Below are positions 14,994 to 28,154 of a stretch of DNA of 64,000 nt, in pieces. The stretch comes from the human T2T-CHM13v2.0 reference genome, Homo sapiens. A model generated the notes under the pieces. It worked only from the letters and a program-made list of their open reading frames with translations. It was not told the origin of the DNA and ran no database searches. Every line of letters starts with the position of its first letter. Position 1 is the stretch's first letter. The stretch lies in NCBI RefSeq assembly GCF_009914755.1, contig NC_060935.1; one strand, written 5' to 3'. The position numbers and the translations under genes are program-made.

Positions 14994-17900
14994 TATATGT
15001 ATCTATATAAAAATATATAGATCTATGAATATGTGTGTGTGTGTGTGTTTTCTGGAGTCTCTGTACTATCAGAACATCAAAACTTTAGGTCTTTCCAGTG
15101 ACTAAAATTCAGTGTAACACTTAAAAAAAAAAAAACACATTGAAATGGGAACCCCTCTTGTTTGGTCCCTAACAGTTGCTGTGATTGGAATTGATGTATT
15201 TGTTCTTCTCTATAACTGCAGCCATGGCATTGCAGGACAACAGTCATTTAAATACTATAAGCTGAAAACAACATGGATAAGAGCCATGTTTGATGTTCAT
15301 ATGAGGTTTCTTGGCATCTTGTGTGCAGATCCATCTGTTAGATGGCAGAGTGCCTGCACACAAGGTATTAAGCCAGTTTCATTGGGGGTAATAATGCTAA
15401 CTAAGAGTGGTACTCCATGGGCAAGCTGCCTAATGTTACAACTACCATCTCCTTGTTGAATCTTCTCTTTTGTTCTGGATTCTCCATTGTGTATATAAGC
15501 CTCTTTAAATCAATCTATTTTGTGTGGGTTTTTTTTACTTTTTATATTTTATTGTTTTTGGCAGTGACTGACTACTTGGGCATTGGCTATAAATACAAAA
15601 TTGGGGGGTGCATATTGAGTGGCCAAGTTTAAAGGATACTAAGAGCTATACACATTGATCACTCATTCTGAAAGAAAATTACCAGTGAATTTAAATACAT
15701 GTCAGAAAGACAAAAAGTCTTTCTGCTTTAGATTGCATCTTTTCTTCTTTCTCAATTATCTTAGAATGCTCACTGCAGAAGTAGTACTCCAGCACATATA
15801 AATAGAACAAGCTATTGAATGAAGAGACCACTGAATAATCAATAATTTAATTAAATCATTATAGGCCTAAAATTGATCAGGTGAAAATGTAACACACAAG
15901 AGACTACATTCCTGGACCATAGGTCAAATGTTTAGGGAGAAATTGCAGGAGGTGTCACGGACCTGGGGAAAGATAATCATAAAAGCTGCTTCAGATAGTG
16001 AAGGCTGAATGGTACTGAAATTGCTTGTTTATGTTAATGAGTTTTAGACATTTAATTTAAATTGATGTTAATTTATAAATCATTTATTTACGCTGGATGT
16101 CAGTCATGGCTATTTTGGGGAGGAGATTACAATAAGTCCTAATGCAGGTCCTTAAGGAACATACAGATTAATGAGGTAAGTTAAAAACAAGAAGCAACTA
16201 CCTTTAATGTAAGGCATAATAATATATATGCTAGGTAAATTTTTAAAACCATGTTCTGGAAACATAAAGAATGAAATTTTGATGATTGTTTCACTGTGGA
16301 AGCCTTTCAAAGAAGAAGTTATGGATGAGTTGAGAATTTAAGGAAACAATATATTCCGGTAAGGCAACAATAAATGGTGGCCTGGAGGTATTCCTTTCAA
16401 TGACCATGAGTAAAGGAATGAAGGTTAAGTTTTGGTTTGTGATATAGGTCTAAATGAGTTCATCTTGAAGAACTTTCACAATGAAAAACCTTGAAGGCAG
16501 TAGTGATACATCACAGGCTCGATGTGGGTAGTAGAAGATCAGACAGTTATTTTAGGTAATTAAGTTTAGCAGTAGCATGAAAATGGTTTTGGGCAGGTGA
16601 GAAACCTGAGTTTAAAAGATCAAGTTAGGAGGATATTTTAGAAAAAAGAGTAATTGTAACAAAATCCTCCTTTTGTACTAGCAGCCACCTTGAAGGTATA
16701 AGTTGTTTTTTTTTTTTTAATTATCCACTTAAATTTGTGTCGGCAGCGTATCTAGAAATAGAAAAGAAATATGAATTTAAGATGTAAATTGGTTACCTAA
16801 ATAATTCTTAATAGAAGTCCAAGAGTGGTAAACATGATACATATTTTACATACCCATGAAGTGAGAAAAAGAGAAAAACCTTATATTAAATATCAATAAT
16901 AATGATATAAAAATCAATATATGCAGGTACATTTCTTGATATAACAGCCACTGTATGCAGTTGTATTTCTTAAACTTTTTTTTCTGTAATGAATGGAAAT
17001 AAACACATTTAAGGATGTTAGAATTTCTTCTGCCTTACTCTCAGAATAATTTCCAAAAAGGGCTTATGGAAAAGGAGAGAGAAAAAATAGCCAAAACAAT
17101 TTATGAAAAAAATCCAACTGGATATCTAACAAATGCAAATGAGGAATAGAAGCAGACAAGAGCAGGTAGCAGTAATTATTGCCATCTGATAGTCAAGGAT
17201 AGAGAAAAGGCCCTTTTAAATTCCGTTTACTTTTCACCAAATTTCAGGATGAAAATTACCCATGATATCACCCTTTCGAATGTGAATATATTGCGTGAGG
17301 GAGCTTGTCTGAGCCTGAAGTTGCCCAGTAGAGATTAGAATGGAAGGATTAGATAACAGGTGTGCTTGTTTTAACAATGTGTAATTCTGTGAAAATTCAA
17401 GGTCCTTCTAGTATTGTTAATTAATAGCTTTATGAAATCCCACCTCAGTCCTCTTCCCATAGGCTTTGCTTCTTTTTGCTTCCCTACTCTCATTACAGGT
17501 AAGCCAAATGTATTAGAACTTGGTGCGTGGCTGAGGGGTGTCCATGGAGAAACCTATTTGGAGTAAGCAGATTTGAATTACAAGAAGCAAGAACTGTATT
17601 ATGCAAATGTTCTATTAAAATTACTCTAAAATTGAATTTAAATTACACCGCTCCACACAGAATTAGGCATTGAAAATGACAATAGATCTGAAATGTAGTG
17701 GGCTCTGAAAGTTCTTTGTGACTAGGCCTTTACAGCCAGAAAAAAAGGTAATGGGCAGCAAGACCATTCAGAGAAAGGGACAGAAACACATGAAAAAGAC
17801 TCTAGTATGAATGAGTGTCCAAGAGATTGTTAATAGCCAATATAACATTTTAAAGCATGTTTTTTTCTCTACATATTTAGATAAGAATGATCATATTACA

Positions 17901-18591
17901 TATTTAGATAACAATTACCTTATTGCGCCGCTACAATGCTTTTTTTACTTTCTTAGAAGAATATGCCAAAAAGTACTTTAAGTATAGCAATGTATAAATT
18001 ATAGTCTTTGTGCTGTGTTGAGCAAGTCCATGGAATTGGCCACCTGAAAGAGAGAATTCTTAATTGCCTGAGAATGATTACTAGTCTTATGTTTGTGAAG
18101 AACTTCCATCATTCAAAAGGCAAGCCTCTTCATTGTTAAGACTCAAAAATAAAGATACTTTAGTTAGGTGGAAAGGGTTGGTATGAAAAGCTGCAACACT
18201 TTAATTTTTGCTATTAAAATCACAGAAATTATGCAAATATTTTAAATTCTATAAATTGTATGAAAAATTCCTTCTCTTATTTTTTTTCTTTAGCAGCAGA
18301 GAATTCCAGGGCATAACCCACTTTCTGAACATATCCTCTTTTCCTTCTCTTTCTCTGATTATCTCTGAAGCTGCGTTTGAGGATAAGCCAGTCAATGAAG
18401 TTCTATCTAGTATGCTGGTATAAGAGGGGGCACCTACCATCACCGCTAATTCTCTGTAGCTGGAAGCAATTCTTTCCATTTTTTAGCGATCTTATAATCA
18501 GTCAAATCAGTGTTACTATTGGGGTAGACATACATATCTGGAGACCTCAACAGGGGAATGTAGTATAGGAAGAGCTGATAATTGGCCACTC

Positions 18592-19325
18592 TTTTTTTCA
18601 AAAATAAATTTATATTTGGGGTACATGTGAAGGTTTGTTATGTAGGTAAACTCGTGTCTTGGGGGTTTGTTGTACAGATTATTTCATCACCCAGGTATTA
18701 AGCTCAGTACCCAATAGTTATCTTTCCTGCCCTTCTCTCTCCTCCCACCCTCCACCCTCCAATAGGCCCTACTGCCTGTTGTTTTCTTCTTTGTGTTCAT
18801 GAGCTTTCATCATTTACCTCCCACTTATAAGTAAGAAGATGTGGTATTTGGTTTCTGATCCTGCATTAGTTTTCTAAGGATAAAGCCTCCAGCTCCACCC
18901 ATGTTCCCACAAAAGACATGATTTCATTCTTTTTTATGGGTGCCTATTATTCCATGGTATATATGTGTCACGTTATCTTTATCCAATCTGTCATTGATGG
19001 GCATTTAGGTTGATGCCATGTCTTTGCTATTGTGAATACTGCTGCAGTGTACATTTGTGTACATGTGTCTTTATGGTAGAATGATTTATATTTGTCTAGG
19101 TATATACACTCTAATGCGTTTGCTAGGTCAAATGGTAGTTGGGCTTTTATTTCTTCGAGGAATCATCATACTGCTTTCCACAATGGTTGAAATAATTTAC
19201 ATGCCCACCAACAGTGTATAAGTGTTTCATTTTCTCTGCAACCTTGCCAGCATCTGTTACTTTTTGACTTTTTAATAATATCCATTCTGACTGGTGTGAG
19301 ATGGTATCTCATTGTGGTTTTGATC
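18592..19325 (-). mobile_element. 5'-truncated L1PA (approximately L1PA13-15) 3' end
   Basis: GGGGTACATGTGAAGGTTTGTTATGTAGGTAAACTCGTG...CATTCTGACTGGTGTGAGATGGTATCTCATTGTGGTTTTGAT is antisense L1 3' UTR and ORF2 end. Confidence 0.9.
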
Positions 19326-22300
19326 ATATATAATCAACCACAGCAATCTTTTCTAATGAGTTAGAACTTGGCTTCAGATCCTTGTTAACACAGAACTCTA
19401 ATTAGCCTCTATTGCTTGATAAAATTTTCCATAAAGACAAAGCCCATTTTGTAATAGATGCATAAACCCAAGAGTCTAAAAAACTGTTTTCTGGTCCTGG
19501 TTCTACCACTTGAGCAACTCACCGAGCTTCTTTTAGCTTCCTTAAACCTTAGTTTGACTAAGACATGTCTGGGAGCTTAACTGCTAACTTGGAGTTCCTT
19601 TCTTCCCTCATACAGAGAGTTTTAGAAGTTTTCACAAAGATTTTATGAGTTATACAATTTATTAACTTTCCAAGTTTCTTCTCAGTTTTTCTGTCTGCCA
19701 GTAATACTACACAGCTATCTGTATGACAGGACTGAGAATTCCAGCATCTTTGGTCATGTTTGCATTTCTATAGATAAGATCTGTATCTTGTTTTTGAAGA
19801 TGGTTGGTGTTTGGGGGTGGTGGCCAGGGGTGTATATGGTTCTAAAGGGGTTCATAACAGTTATAGGCAGACATATATTGGCATGAAGGAATATTTTTCA
19901 GTTCTATATAAGATACTAAACTATCCAAGTTCTTCTAACTTTAGGAAGTTTTGTCAAACAGGGAAGTTCTTAGTTCATATTGTTTATAGTATCAGATCTA
20001 TGTATACTTATTAATCTTATACCTCAATAACATTTATTTTCTACCTCAATACAATGGCAATTATGAAAATAACCACTAGTTTGCAAATATGTCATCTCAT
20101 CCCTAAATAGAGATGAAGTTGCTTTAGTTTTCAGGTGCTATTTATTCCTTCATTAACATTATTCATTGTCTAGAGTCTTCCATGTGCCCGGCCCAGGGTC
20201 AGGAACTATGCATATAAAGATGAGAAATCTGCTCTCAAGAAGCTCAAGTTCCAATGAGGAAAGCAGACATGTACATGAATTATTATGCTATGTGAAACAC
20301 TAGAATAGAGATAAGTTGAAAATACTTTAGATAATAGAAGAAAAGTGCAACTAGCTTTTGTCTTTACCCCTTCCACGTCTGTACTTTTTCATCATCCATG
20401 TTCTCAAGTGGTTTCATCACTGATAGCTATGCTAATTCTCTTGGTAACTGCTTAAGAATATTGCTGAGTTTCTGTTGGAAAAGAATGTCTTTAGTCATGA
20501 CTAGGAGACTATTTTGATCAAAGAGATTGAATTTACTAATTCCAATATTTGAAGGGCAACATCATATTTAGTTCCCGGGAACTCCTTTCACAATATCTTG
20601 GCCATTTTACCATCAAAGCTAAGAGAAAATAAATGGCCATTCTCTGCTACCTCATTGAGACTTCCCTTCCAGTTCTGGGCTCCTTCCTGAGATAGCTGCT
20701 ACATTTTCAGGATGCTAATACAGGGTATGATCTCACTATTCAGGTGTGATCCTCCTCTCTCTCACAGTGTACAGAATTTGTACTAAAATTCCCATGAGTA
20801 TATTGCAATATAATAACACAATCACAACACTCACATAACTCCACAATCCAAAATTAGTATTTCCTCTCTCCCTCCAATTACAAACAGGCAATAATTTCTT
20901 GATTGCTTGTGTTTCCTGGCAAATTTCCTTTAATTAGTATGCCTGGTTTCCTGACACTAGCTGGAGTAACCTGGTTGGAAACTTATTTTCTAGGCTGGAA
21001 GTAAAGCTTCAAAAAGTTTTCACCACACAAATATATCTTTACACAAAGATACAGATTCACACAGTAGACATAAAGCAAACATGCCTTATTTACTCCTTGG
21101 GTCAGTAGAGAGAAAACAGGAGGAATCTTAACCGAAAGAATAATTAAGAGTTGAAATGTCTTATACAAGTTGAGATTTGACATATGTTAATGTTAAAGAA
21201 GAGCAGGTATAGTTGTTCAAAATCCCTACTGGTCCTCAAGGAGGATTCTCACTTCTGTCATCTGCTCTCAGAGTTTCCAATAGTAGTGGCACTGACTGAT
21301 TAGAGTCCTGTTGCCTTAGGCTGCCTTTTCCAACAGTTATCAAATCCTCTTATGCCTCCTGCTGGTTGCAGGGCTGACCATTTTTCATATTAGCCAAGCA
21401 TTTAAGGCTCTGAGTTACTCAAGAATCCCAAGAATTAACTATTTAGGGACTAAATTGCAAAAGCAAGAGTAATCAACTAGCCCTTTAAAAAATTATAAGT
21501 AAAATCTACTCAACACAGAACATTGATTTCTAAACAAAATATTATTTTCAAGTTTCATTAGCCAAATGTCGATACATAGCCTGTAATCATCTTGAGACCA
21601 CAAAAATAATAGCTCAGTATATCACAAAGTAATGTTTTTCTGAGAGATCCACAGGAGGTGGATTGACCTGAACACCTTGCAAGACATGAATTCACATGCA
21701 TTTTCAGCATGTCTTCTCCAACTTGATGAAAAAAATTCCAATCATAATACCTAGGATAACCCAACCTCCTTAGTCTTTTCAGTATTTAATATGGAATCAC
21801 TATTTTGTAGAACTTACTTTAGTGATTCACTCATAGAATGTCATGTTATATTATTTATGTATGCGGCAGCCCACTGAACTGTGAAGAGATTTAAACTGTG
21901 TCTCCTTACTTATTCCCTGACAGTTTGCACATAACAAAGTATATACTCTTACTATTATTTGTGGGGTCTGCCGACTATTATAGTCTACTGAATAAATGTA
22001 AATAGTTACTTTCTACCCAGAACCTCCATAGTGCCTGCACTGAATCTCAACATTTTCCCCTCCATATTTTCATCTGCTTAGTCACTCTGTTCATTCAGTG
22101 ACTATTTTTCTTCAGTCTCTTCTCATCATCTTGTCAAAGTCATAAATTGCTAAACATACCTGCATGACTATCTATATTACACTAAAATTATATTTATTCA
22201 CTGCATATAAAAATAAAACAAAATGAATTTTTTTAAGCTCGAGTGCGTATTATTTTCCCACAGAATTGTCAAACCACTGCAATGTTTCTTTTCTTCTCTT

Positions 22301-24139
22301 CTACCAACCCCATCCTCAGTATAAAGAATAGTTCTAATCATAAAATTAGAATTGGTAGTAGGAGTAGTACAATGAACAGCATAAAATTAATGGCCTGGGC
22401 ACATAGTTGAGCCTATTATTACACATTTATAAGCTAAATTTATATTTATATTTTTGAAAGCTATGCCTAGAATATCATAGTATAGCCAAAGGAGAATAAA
22501 AAATGTTATTGGTATTCTCTTCACATTATCATTTTCTAAAACATAGCTTTAAATTAATTTTACCTGAGTCCATTTTCTTCTCTTTCTCCAGCTCAACTCT
22601 TCATACTTAAATTCCATTAGTTGGTTTCCTCATCTCCAAAGCAGGGACATAAATAATAATACCTATATTTCAAAGACAATATGAAGGTTAAATTGAGCAA
22701 AGCAAATGAAAAATATTCTTTGAGCTGTACATTGATATACAAATAGATTTCTGTTATTTCCATTGGAGGAGTGTTTAGATATTATAAGGCACACTAGGGA
22801 TAAGGTTTATTTGGCAGCTGCCTTGTCACTCCAAATAAATTTATTTATCATGTATTTATTGAGGAATTTATAGCCTCTAGAGAATTTTCTCTGTGAGAGC
22901 ACTGCTTTTGAATTTTTTTGTTTCTTCTCCCACTCCACCCCTTTGGCTAGTTGAATTCTAGACAAATAATGTCTTACTTAGCTGGGTAGCTAAGCTGCAA
23001 CTAAATTCTCCAGGGATTTTCTATAATATGGATTCAACGCTTAGGAAAATTCAACTTAAAAGTGGAAAACATCTCTTAACTAGAGAATTATCTCCTTCAA
23101 GTTCTGTCTTCAGAAGTGATTTCTGTCTTAAGGTCTACCAAGTATTCTTGGCTTTTGTTCCTGCATATTTTTCCAGGTTTAAAGTGTATTTTTCCACTTA
23201 ATTAGACTGTAAGCAATTCTAATGTCATTTTTGTTTCTGATATATTGGTTTCTACAATATTTTGATTTTGATTGGTGATAACAAAATGGTAGTAATAATT
23301 ATAAGGGTCTTAGTTTAAATATTTTCAAGTGGTATACTTGAGAGCTTCATTGATACAAGTTATATGTGTTTCATTGTGAAATAAATTATATACAGTAAGA
23401 CCTATTTTAAAAATAACAATTTATTATAGAAAGGTGGTTTTGGCCAGTACTTTTCAAAAATTAAAAAAAAAGACTAAAATATATACTTTTTTTAGAATAA
23501 GCTTTTCCTTTTTTGTTGTTGTTTCATATCATATGGTCTCTTAAATAGCCCTTATGGCATTTAAATGATGTGATTTCCCTAAAATTATTAGCAATGTATG
23601 TAAGGATTTATGGCATGAAGTATATGTGGATATTTAAAATGGGGAAATTTTGTGATTAACAAGTTTAAACAAATAGCAGATAAATTTGTAAAATTTATAG
23701 TTGTGAATAAACCGTGTCCAAACATATTCAGTGACTATTACTAAAACATTATTATCATGCTATGATCTTTTCTGCTTGTGCATTGTAGTTCAAAGGTGTT
23801 GATAAGGGTTGATGCAGTGGAATTGGGCTTTCTAGCTTCAATGGGAACAACAGGATTACAGAATGGAGAGGCCAGATATACAGCTTAATTCAAAGGGATA
23901 AGGTGGGCAGAGTTATTACAATAATCTACACTGGGATGGAAAGATAATTAGAATATCTCATTCAAAGAGATCTACCAAATAGCTAATTGATCAAAGTGTC
24001 TTAGGAATGAAAACAATAAGCAGACTACCAATGTGCTTCTTGATTTATATATGATATGTATAACATATATCAAGATTTATATTGATTCTATATGCTATTA
24101 CATAAATAAAACTACATATGAGATAACACTACACTCACA

Positions 24140-24798
24140 CAGTAAATTCTCATTATACTCACTATTTGCAGTAGTTATATTCTATAAAGTTGCCATGAAC
24201 ACTTAATTAAGTGAATATTGTACTATTGCTCCAAAGGTAAATACAGGGATATGTTCTTGTGAGCTTCTGTTCACAATATTTCATCAACTAATTATCAGAC
24301 AACCCTATTTAATGTGTTTTTGTTTAAAGGCACTTTATTTACTATATATAGTTGATTCATGAACATTGAACTCATGGCCAACAACACTATAATTTACATA
24401 TGTATGAAGTTTATCTAACACGCTATTTTCTTCGTAAAGCGTATCATAGCCTTATTGAACTTAGGAGCACTATACAGGACTTCAGCTCTGTGCTCAGGGA
24501 TCATTGTAAGCAGCAAAATCATCAATAAGAAGCACAAAAATGTGAAAAATGTGACACAAATATACTGACAAAAGAGCACTGGTTTACATATCAAAGGTGA
24601 CACAAGAAGGCAGAAAATCAGCTAGTTTAAACTGAGCTGGGTATGTGGGCTTCAGGTGACCCAATTTTTTTTACACTTTGCATATGTTAGCAACTGACTG
24701 CAAAAGCCTCATGACTAGTGATTTGGGAGTTTTAAATAAATTTTAGAGAGGAAGATGGATTCACGAATATGAACTCTGTAGATAATACTGATTGACTA
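24140..24798. mobile_element. MER82 (TcMar-Tigger) DNA transposon inside the ERVL
   Basis: About 660 bp with TIR-like ends CAGTAAATTCTCATTA and TAATACTGATTGACTA. Internal sequence matches the recalled MER82 consensus. Confidence 0.8.
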
Positions 24799-24840
24799 CA
24801 CACACACACAACACACAGAGACACACACACACACACACAC
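24799..24840. repeat. Interrupted (CA)n microsatellite
   Basis: CACACACACA ACACACAGAG ACACACACAC ACACACACAC is directly visible. Confidence 0.95.
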
Positions 24841-27611
24841 ATTATTTTAGGTTTGATGGGAAGAATTCTGACATGCATTGCCACAGTTGGGATCCACAAC
24901 CTTTTGCCTATGTCTTTGAATTAAGGCAGTTTACATATCAAGTTCCATTTTTGAGGGAGAGGATAGGCCCATTTGAAGAAAATCACTATAGACCATACAT
25001 CTTCATCCAACGTTTCCCCAGAAGAATCTGTAGCCATTTACCAGAGTGACTATGCATTTGTGAAAGTGAAACATCTAGAATTTTCAGAGCTTAATAGATA
25101 CTAGTTTTGAATTGATGCTAATCCTCAATGCCATTATGATCATCCAGTCATAATAAAGTCTTATGAAGGTGATGAAATGAGTTGACCAGTTCTAACAGTT
25201 GGTCCAGTGGCACTGTGAATGCACTCTGTGGTTGTTTTCCCATTCCCAGAATGCATAGAGGGAATAGACAGACATATAGGATAACTGGCAGAACCCCCAT
25301 ATTGATTTCCTGGCCCATGTAGTGTTAGCCTAAAGGAAAGGCCAACTGGAAGCACCTGGAATTGTTCCCTTCTTTGCAAGGAAGTTAAGCACAATCCTGG
25401 GAGGTTGTTTTATTTTATGTCATCTTAAAAGATTTGAAAGAAGCATGGTTAAAGAATTACCCAACACTCATATTCAGCTCACCTAAAGAATGACCAGATT
25501 TCACAAAGTTCATCAGGTAGTGATGCTAATTGTAACTGTGGTCTTAGATGAGCTTTTGTTATTGAAATTAACAATGACAACAAACAGCAAAAAACAAAAA
25601 GCACATCTAGCACCTGGAATACAGTTATTTACCTAGAAAATGCTTTCTCTTCCCAAACCTAACAACAAAGATAACCAGAATCAATTTCACTTTACAGAAC
25701 AAAACAATATTTCACATTACCTCAAGACTATGTCAATTCTCATTTTCTGTATCACAGCAAATTTTAGAGTTATCTTAATCATCTTGATATTCCATGGGAC
25801 ATCATGCTAATCTATTATATTGAAGATGTAGTAATTCAACCTGATGAGCAGGAAGCAGTAACCACTGAGTTGCATTAGTAAGATACAGGTATGATTGAGG
25901 ATAAAAGATGAAATCTATAAAAATTCAGGCACCTGTCACATTGGGATAACTTGTAATGGTCTGGCAGCCTGGTATACATTTGCATATCCATCCTAAAGTG
26001 AACCTGCTATCTGCTATCTCAAAACATTAAAACTGAGAGACTTTTTTGGGTTTTGGAAGCAAGATGCATCATATTGTATTTTTTTTTCTTTTTTTCTGTG
26101 TTCCATTTTCTTGGTAACCAGTAATTTGCCAATTTTGAGTGGGGTAGAGTAAAAAGAGGCTTAAATCAGGCCACACTGTGGTACAAGCTGCATAGTACTT
26201 GGGCCTTACAAGTTGGCTAAATTAAGGAAACAAGGAGTGCCTGTGGCAGAGAGAAATTCTACTATATGGAACATTAAGCAAGCCAGAATAGGAATATCAG
26301 AATGTATATCCCAAGGATTTTCATCTGAGGTTATCCCTTCTTTTGCCAATAATTTTATTTCATTTGAAAATCAATTTGTGGCATGATACTAAACCCTCAT
26401 GGATACTGAATGCCTGATCAAAAGTCCCAATAGACTATGTGATCTGAACCATCCATCATATACTGGGCATTATCTGATCTACTGCGTTATAAAATTGGAT
26501 GTGTGCAGCAACATTCTGCTGTAAGTTAGAAAATGGCATATATAAATTTGGGTCTTAGAAAACCCAAGTCTAGAAAACACAGGTCTAGAAAACACAAGTA
26601 AACTGCCTGAGCAGGTGGCTTAGATTCTTAGGCTATATGTAGGTTTATAGCTTCTATCTCAATTGATACCTACTGCCTCATGAATATTTCCCTGCAACTT
26701 CTGGTATGCCAGCACCAACTGAATGTGAATGGCCACTATATGTACTACCTACTCAGGGGTAGCCCTGAAAGTAATGGTGAAAGGCAAGTCCTTAAGTCCT
26801 ATGTCTGTATCTACTTTGTGAGAACAAGACGGACACAAAGTACTGATCTATACTAATTCATCCAAAGTTTATGATATATTGTCCAGGGATAGTAAGAATA
26901 GAATTGAAATATTGATGACAAATATTTTATATTGATGACAAAGATTTCAGAATTGGAATATTGATGGGAGAAATGTTGGTGAACATCTTGGAACTGGAAC
27001 AGAATGTCAAGATATTCTTAGCCAATGTAAATGTCCATCTAAAGCAGAGATGAATCTCAGTAATCATATGGACACGATAGGCTGTCTTGTGTATGTCAAA
27101 CAGCCTCTTTTTCTAGCCACTCCAGTGTTTAGTCAATAAATTAAAGTACAAAATACCATGACAAGTATAGAGGGTATGCATGGGTTTAACAGCATGGATT
27201 TCTTTTTATTAAGACTGATCTGATTTCTAACATTGCTGAGTATCCATCCTGCCAAAAGCAGAGGCTTATGCTGAAGCCCTCAATAAGCTCATTTCTGGAG
27301 GAAATAGGGGTCAATAGAGAAGATTGTTTATGTTTGACCCCACTTTTACAGGTGGACTATGGAAGGAGAAACAGAAATTAATCTTTATAGGAACAGATAT
27401 GTATTTTCTATTCAGAATTTCCTTTCTATCCATTGAAGCTCTGCCAGCACCACCGTTTGTGGACTTACAAAATGGATACATTGTAATCATATCCCACACA
27501 GCATTCTCTTTTACGAAGGGACTTATGGAAAGATGAGCAAGGAATTCACAACTACAAAAGTCACCATTTTTACAGTTGACACAGAAGCAGTTGGATTAAA
27601 TAGAACAGCAT

Positions 27612-27744
27612 TCAGGCTCGGTCCTGGGTTCCTGTTTGTCCCCAGCTGCCACTGGCTCAATGGAGCATGCAGTTCTGGCTATGCCTCTCTGCTGTAGCTG
27701 GCGTGATAGCAGCAGCCACTCCAGAGGGCCTGCCACTGCCATCA
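27612..27744 (-). mobile_element. MER52-like LTR 5' fragment
   Basis: The minus strand reads TGATGGCAGTGGCAGGCCCTCTGGAGTGGCTGCTGCTATCACGCCAGCT..., the recalled MER52 start. It is a GC-rich island inside the ERVL. Confidence 0.6.
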
Positions 27745-28154
27745 ATGGGACAATTAGAACCATGCCTAGGATCTATAGGATTCATTGAGGCGCTTCCTAG
27801 TACTTTCTTGCCCAACCATCCTGATCAATAGAAAATTTAAGCAGGCCAATAAAGACAGGATCACCAAGGACTCAGGCATTACAAGAATGAAGTTTTGGTT
27901 TAACCCAGTAGGTGTATAAACACTTCCTGCAGAGGTGATGCCAGAAATAACAGAAAGCATGTACTTTGCAGTAGAGGGAAATTCTGATTACCAAATTAGA
28001 CCTTATGATGCAGGGATTGCAGCAGTACTGCTTTGTTACTTAATATTTTCCTTTCCCCATTGTATTCTCTGCTACCATATTCAATGGCCATTTGTCATGG
28101 CTAAAATTTTAGGTTTTAGGTAGGAGTGTGTTCAGATTGACATAAACCCACACT

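Larger units (their letters stand above)
23780..28150 (+). mobile_element. Degenerate ERVL internal region (gag end, pro, RT, RNase H, integrase); HERV16/ERV3-16A3-like
   Basis: The frame from 25801 reads IMLIYYIEDVVIQPDEQEAV, resembling the ERVL RT motif LVHYIDDIMLIGPSEQEV (YIDD decayed to YIED). ORF 27324 LWKEKQKLIFIGTDMY resembles ERVL integrase WKGQRFVLTGIDTY. Many stops and frameshifts. Confidence 0.8.

Noticed and set aside
15145-15459. 104-aa ORF with a hydrophobic N-terminus
   Set aside because: No recognisable homology, and the length is within chance expectation for 64 kb in six frames. Not called as a CDS.
23780-28150. ERVL pol as a domesticated or active gene
   Set aside because: The catalytic YIDD motif is altered, and there are numerous stops, frameshifts and nested insertions.
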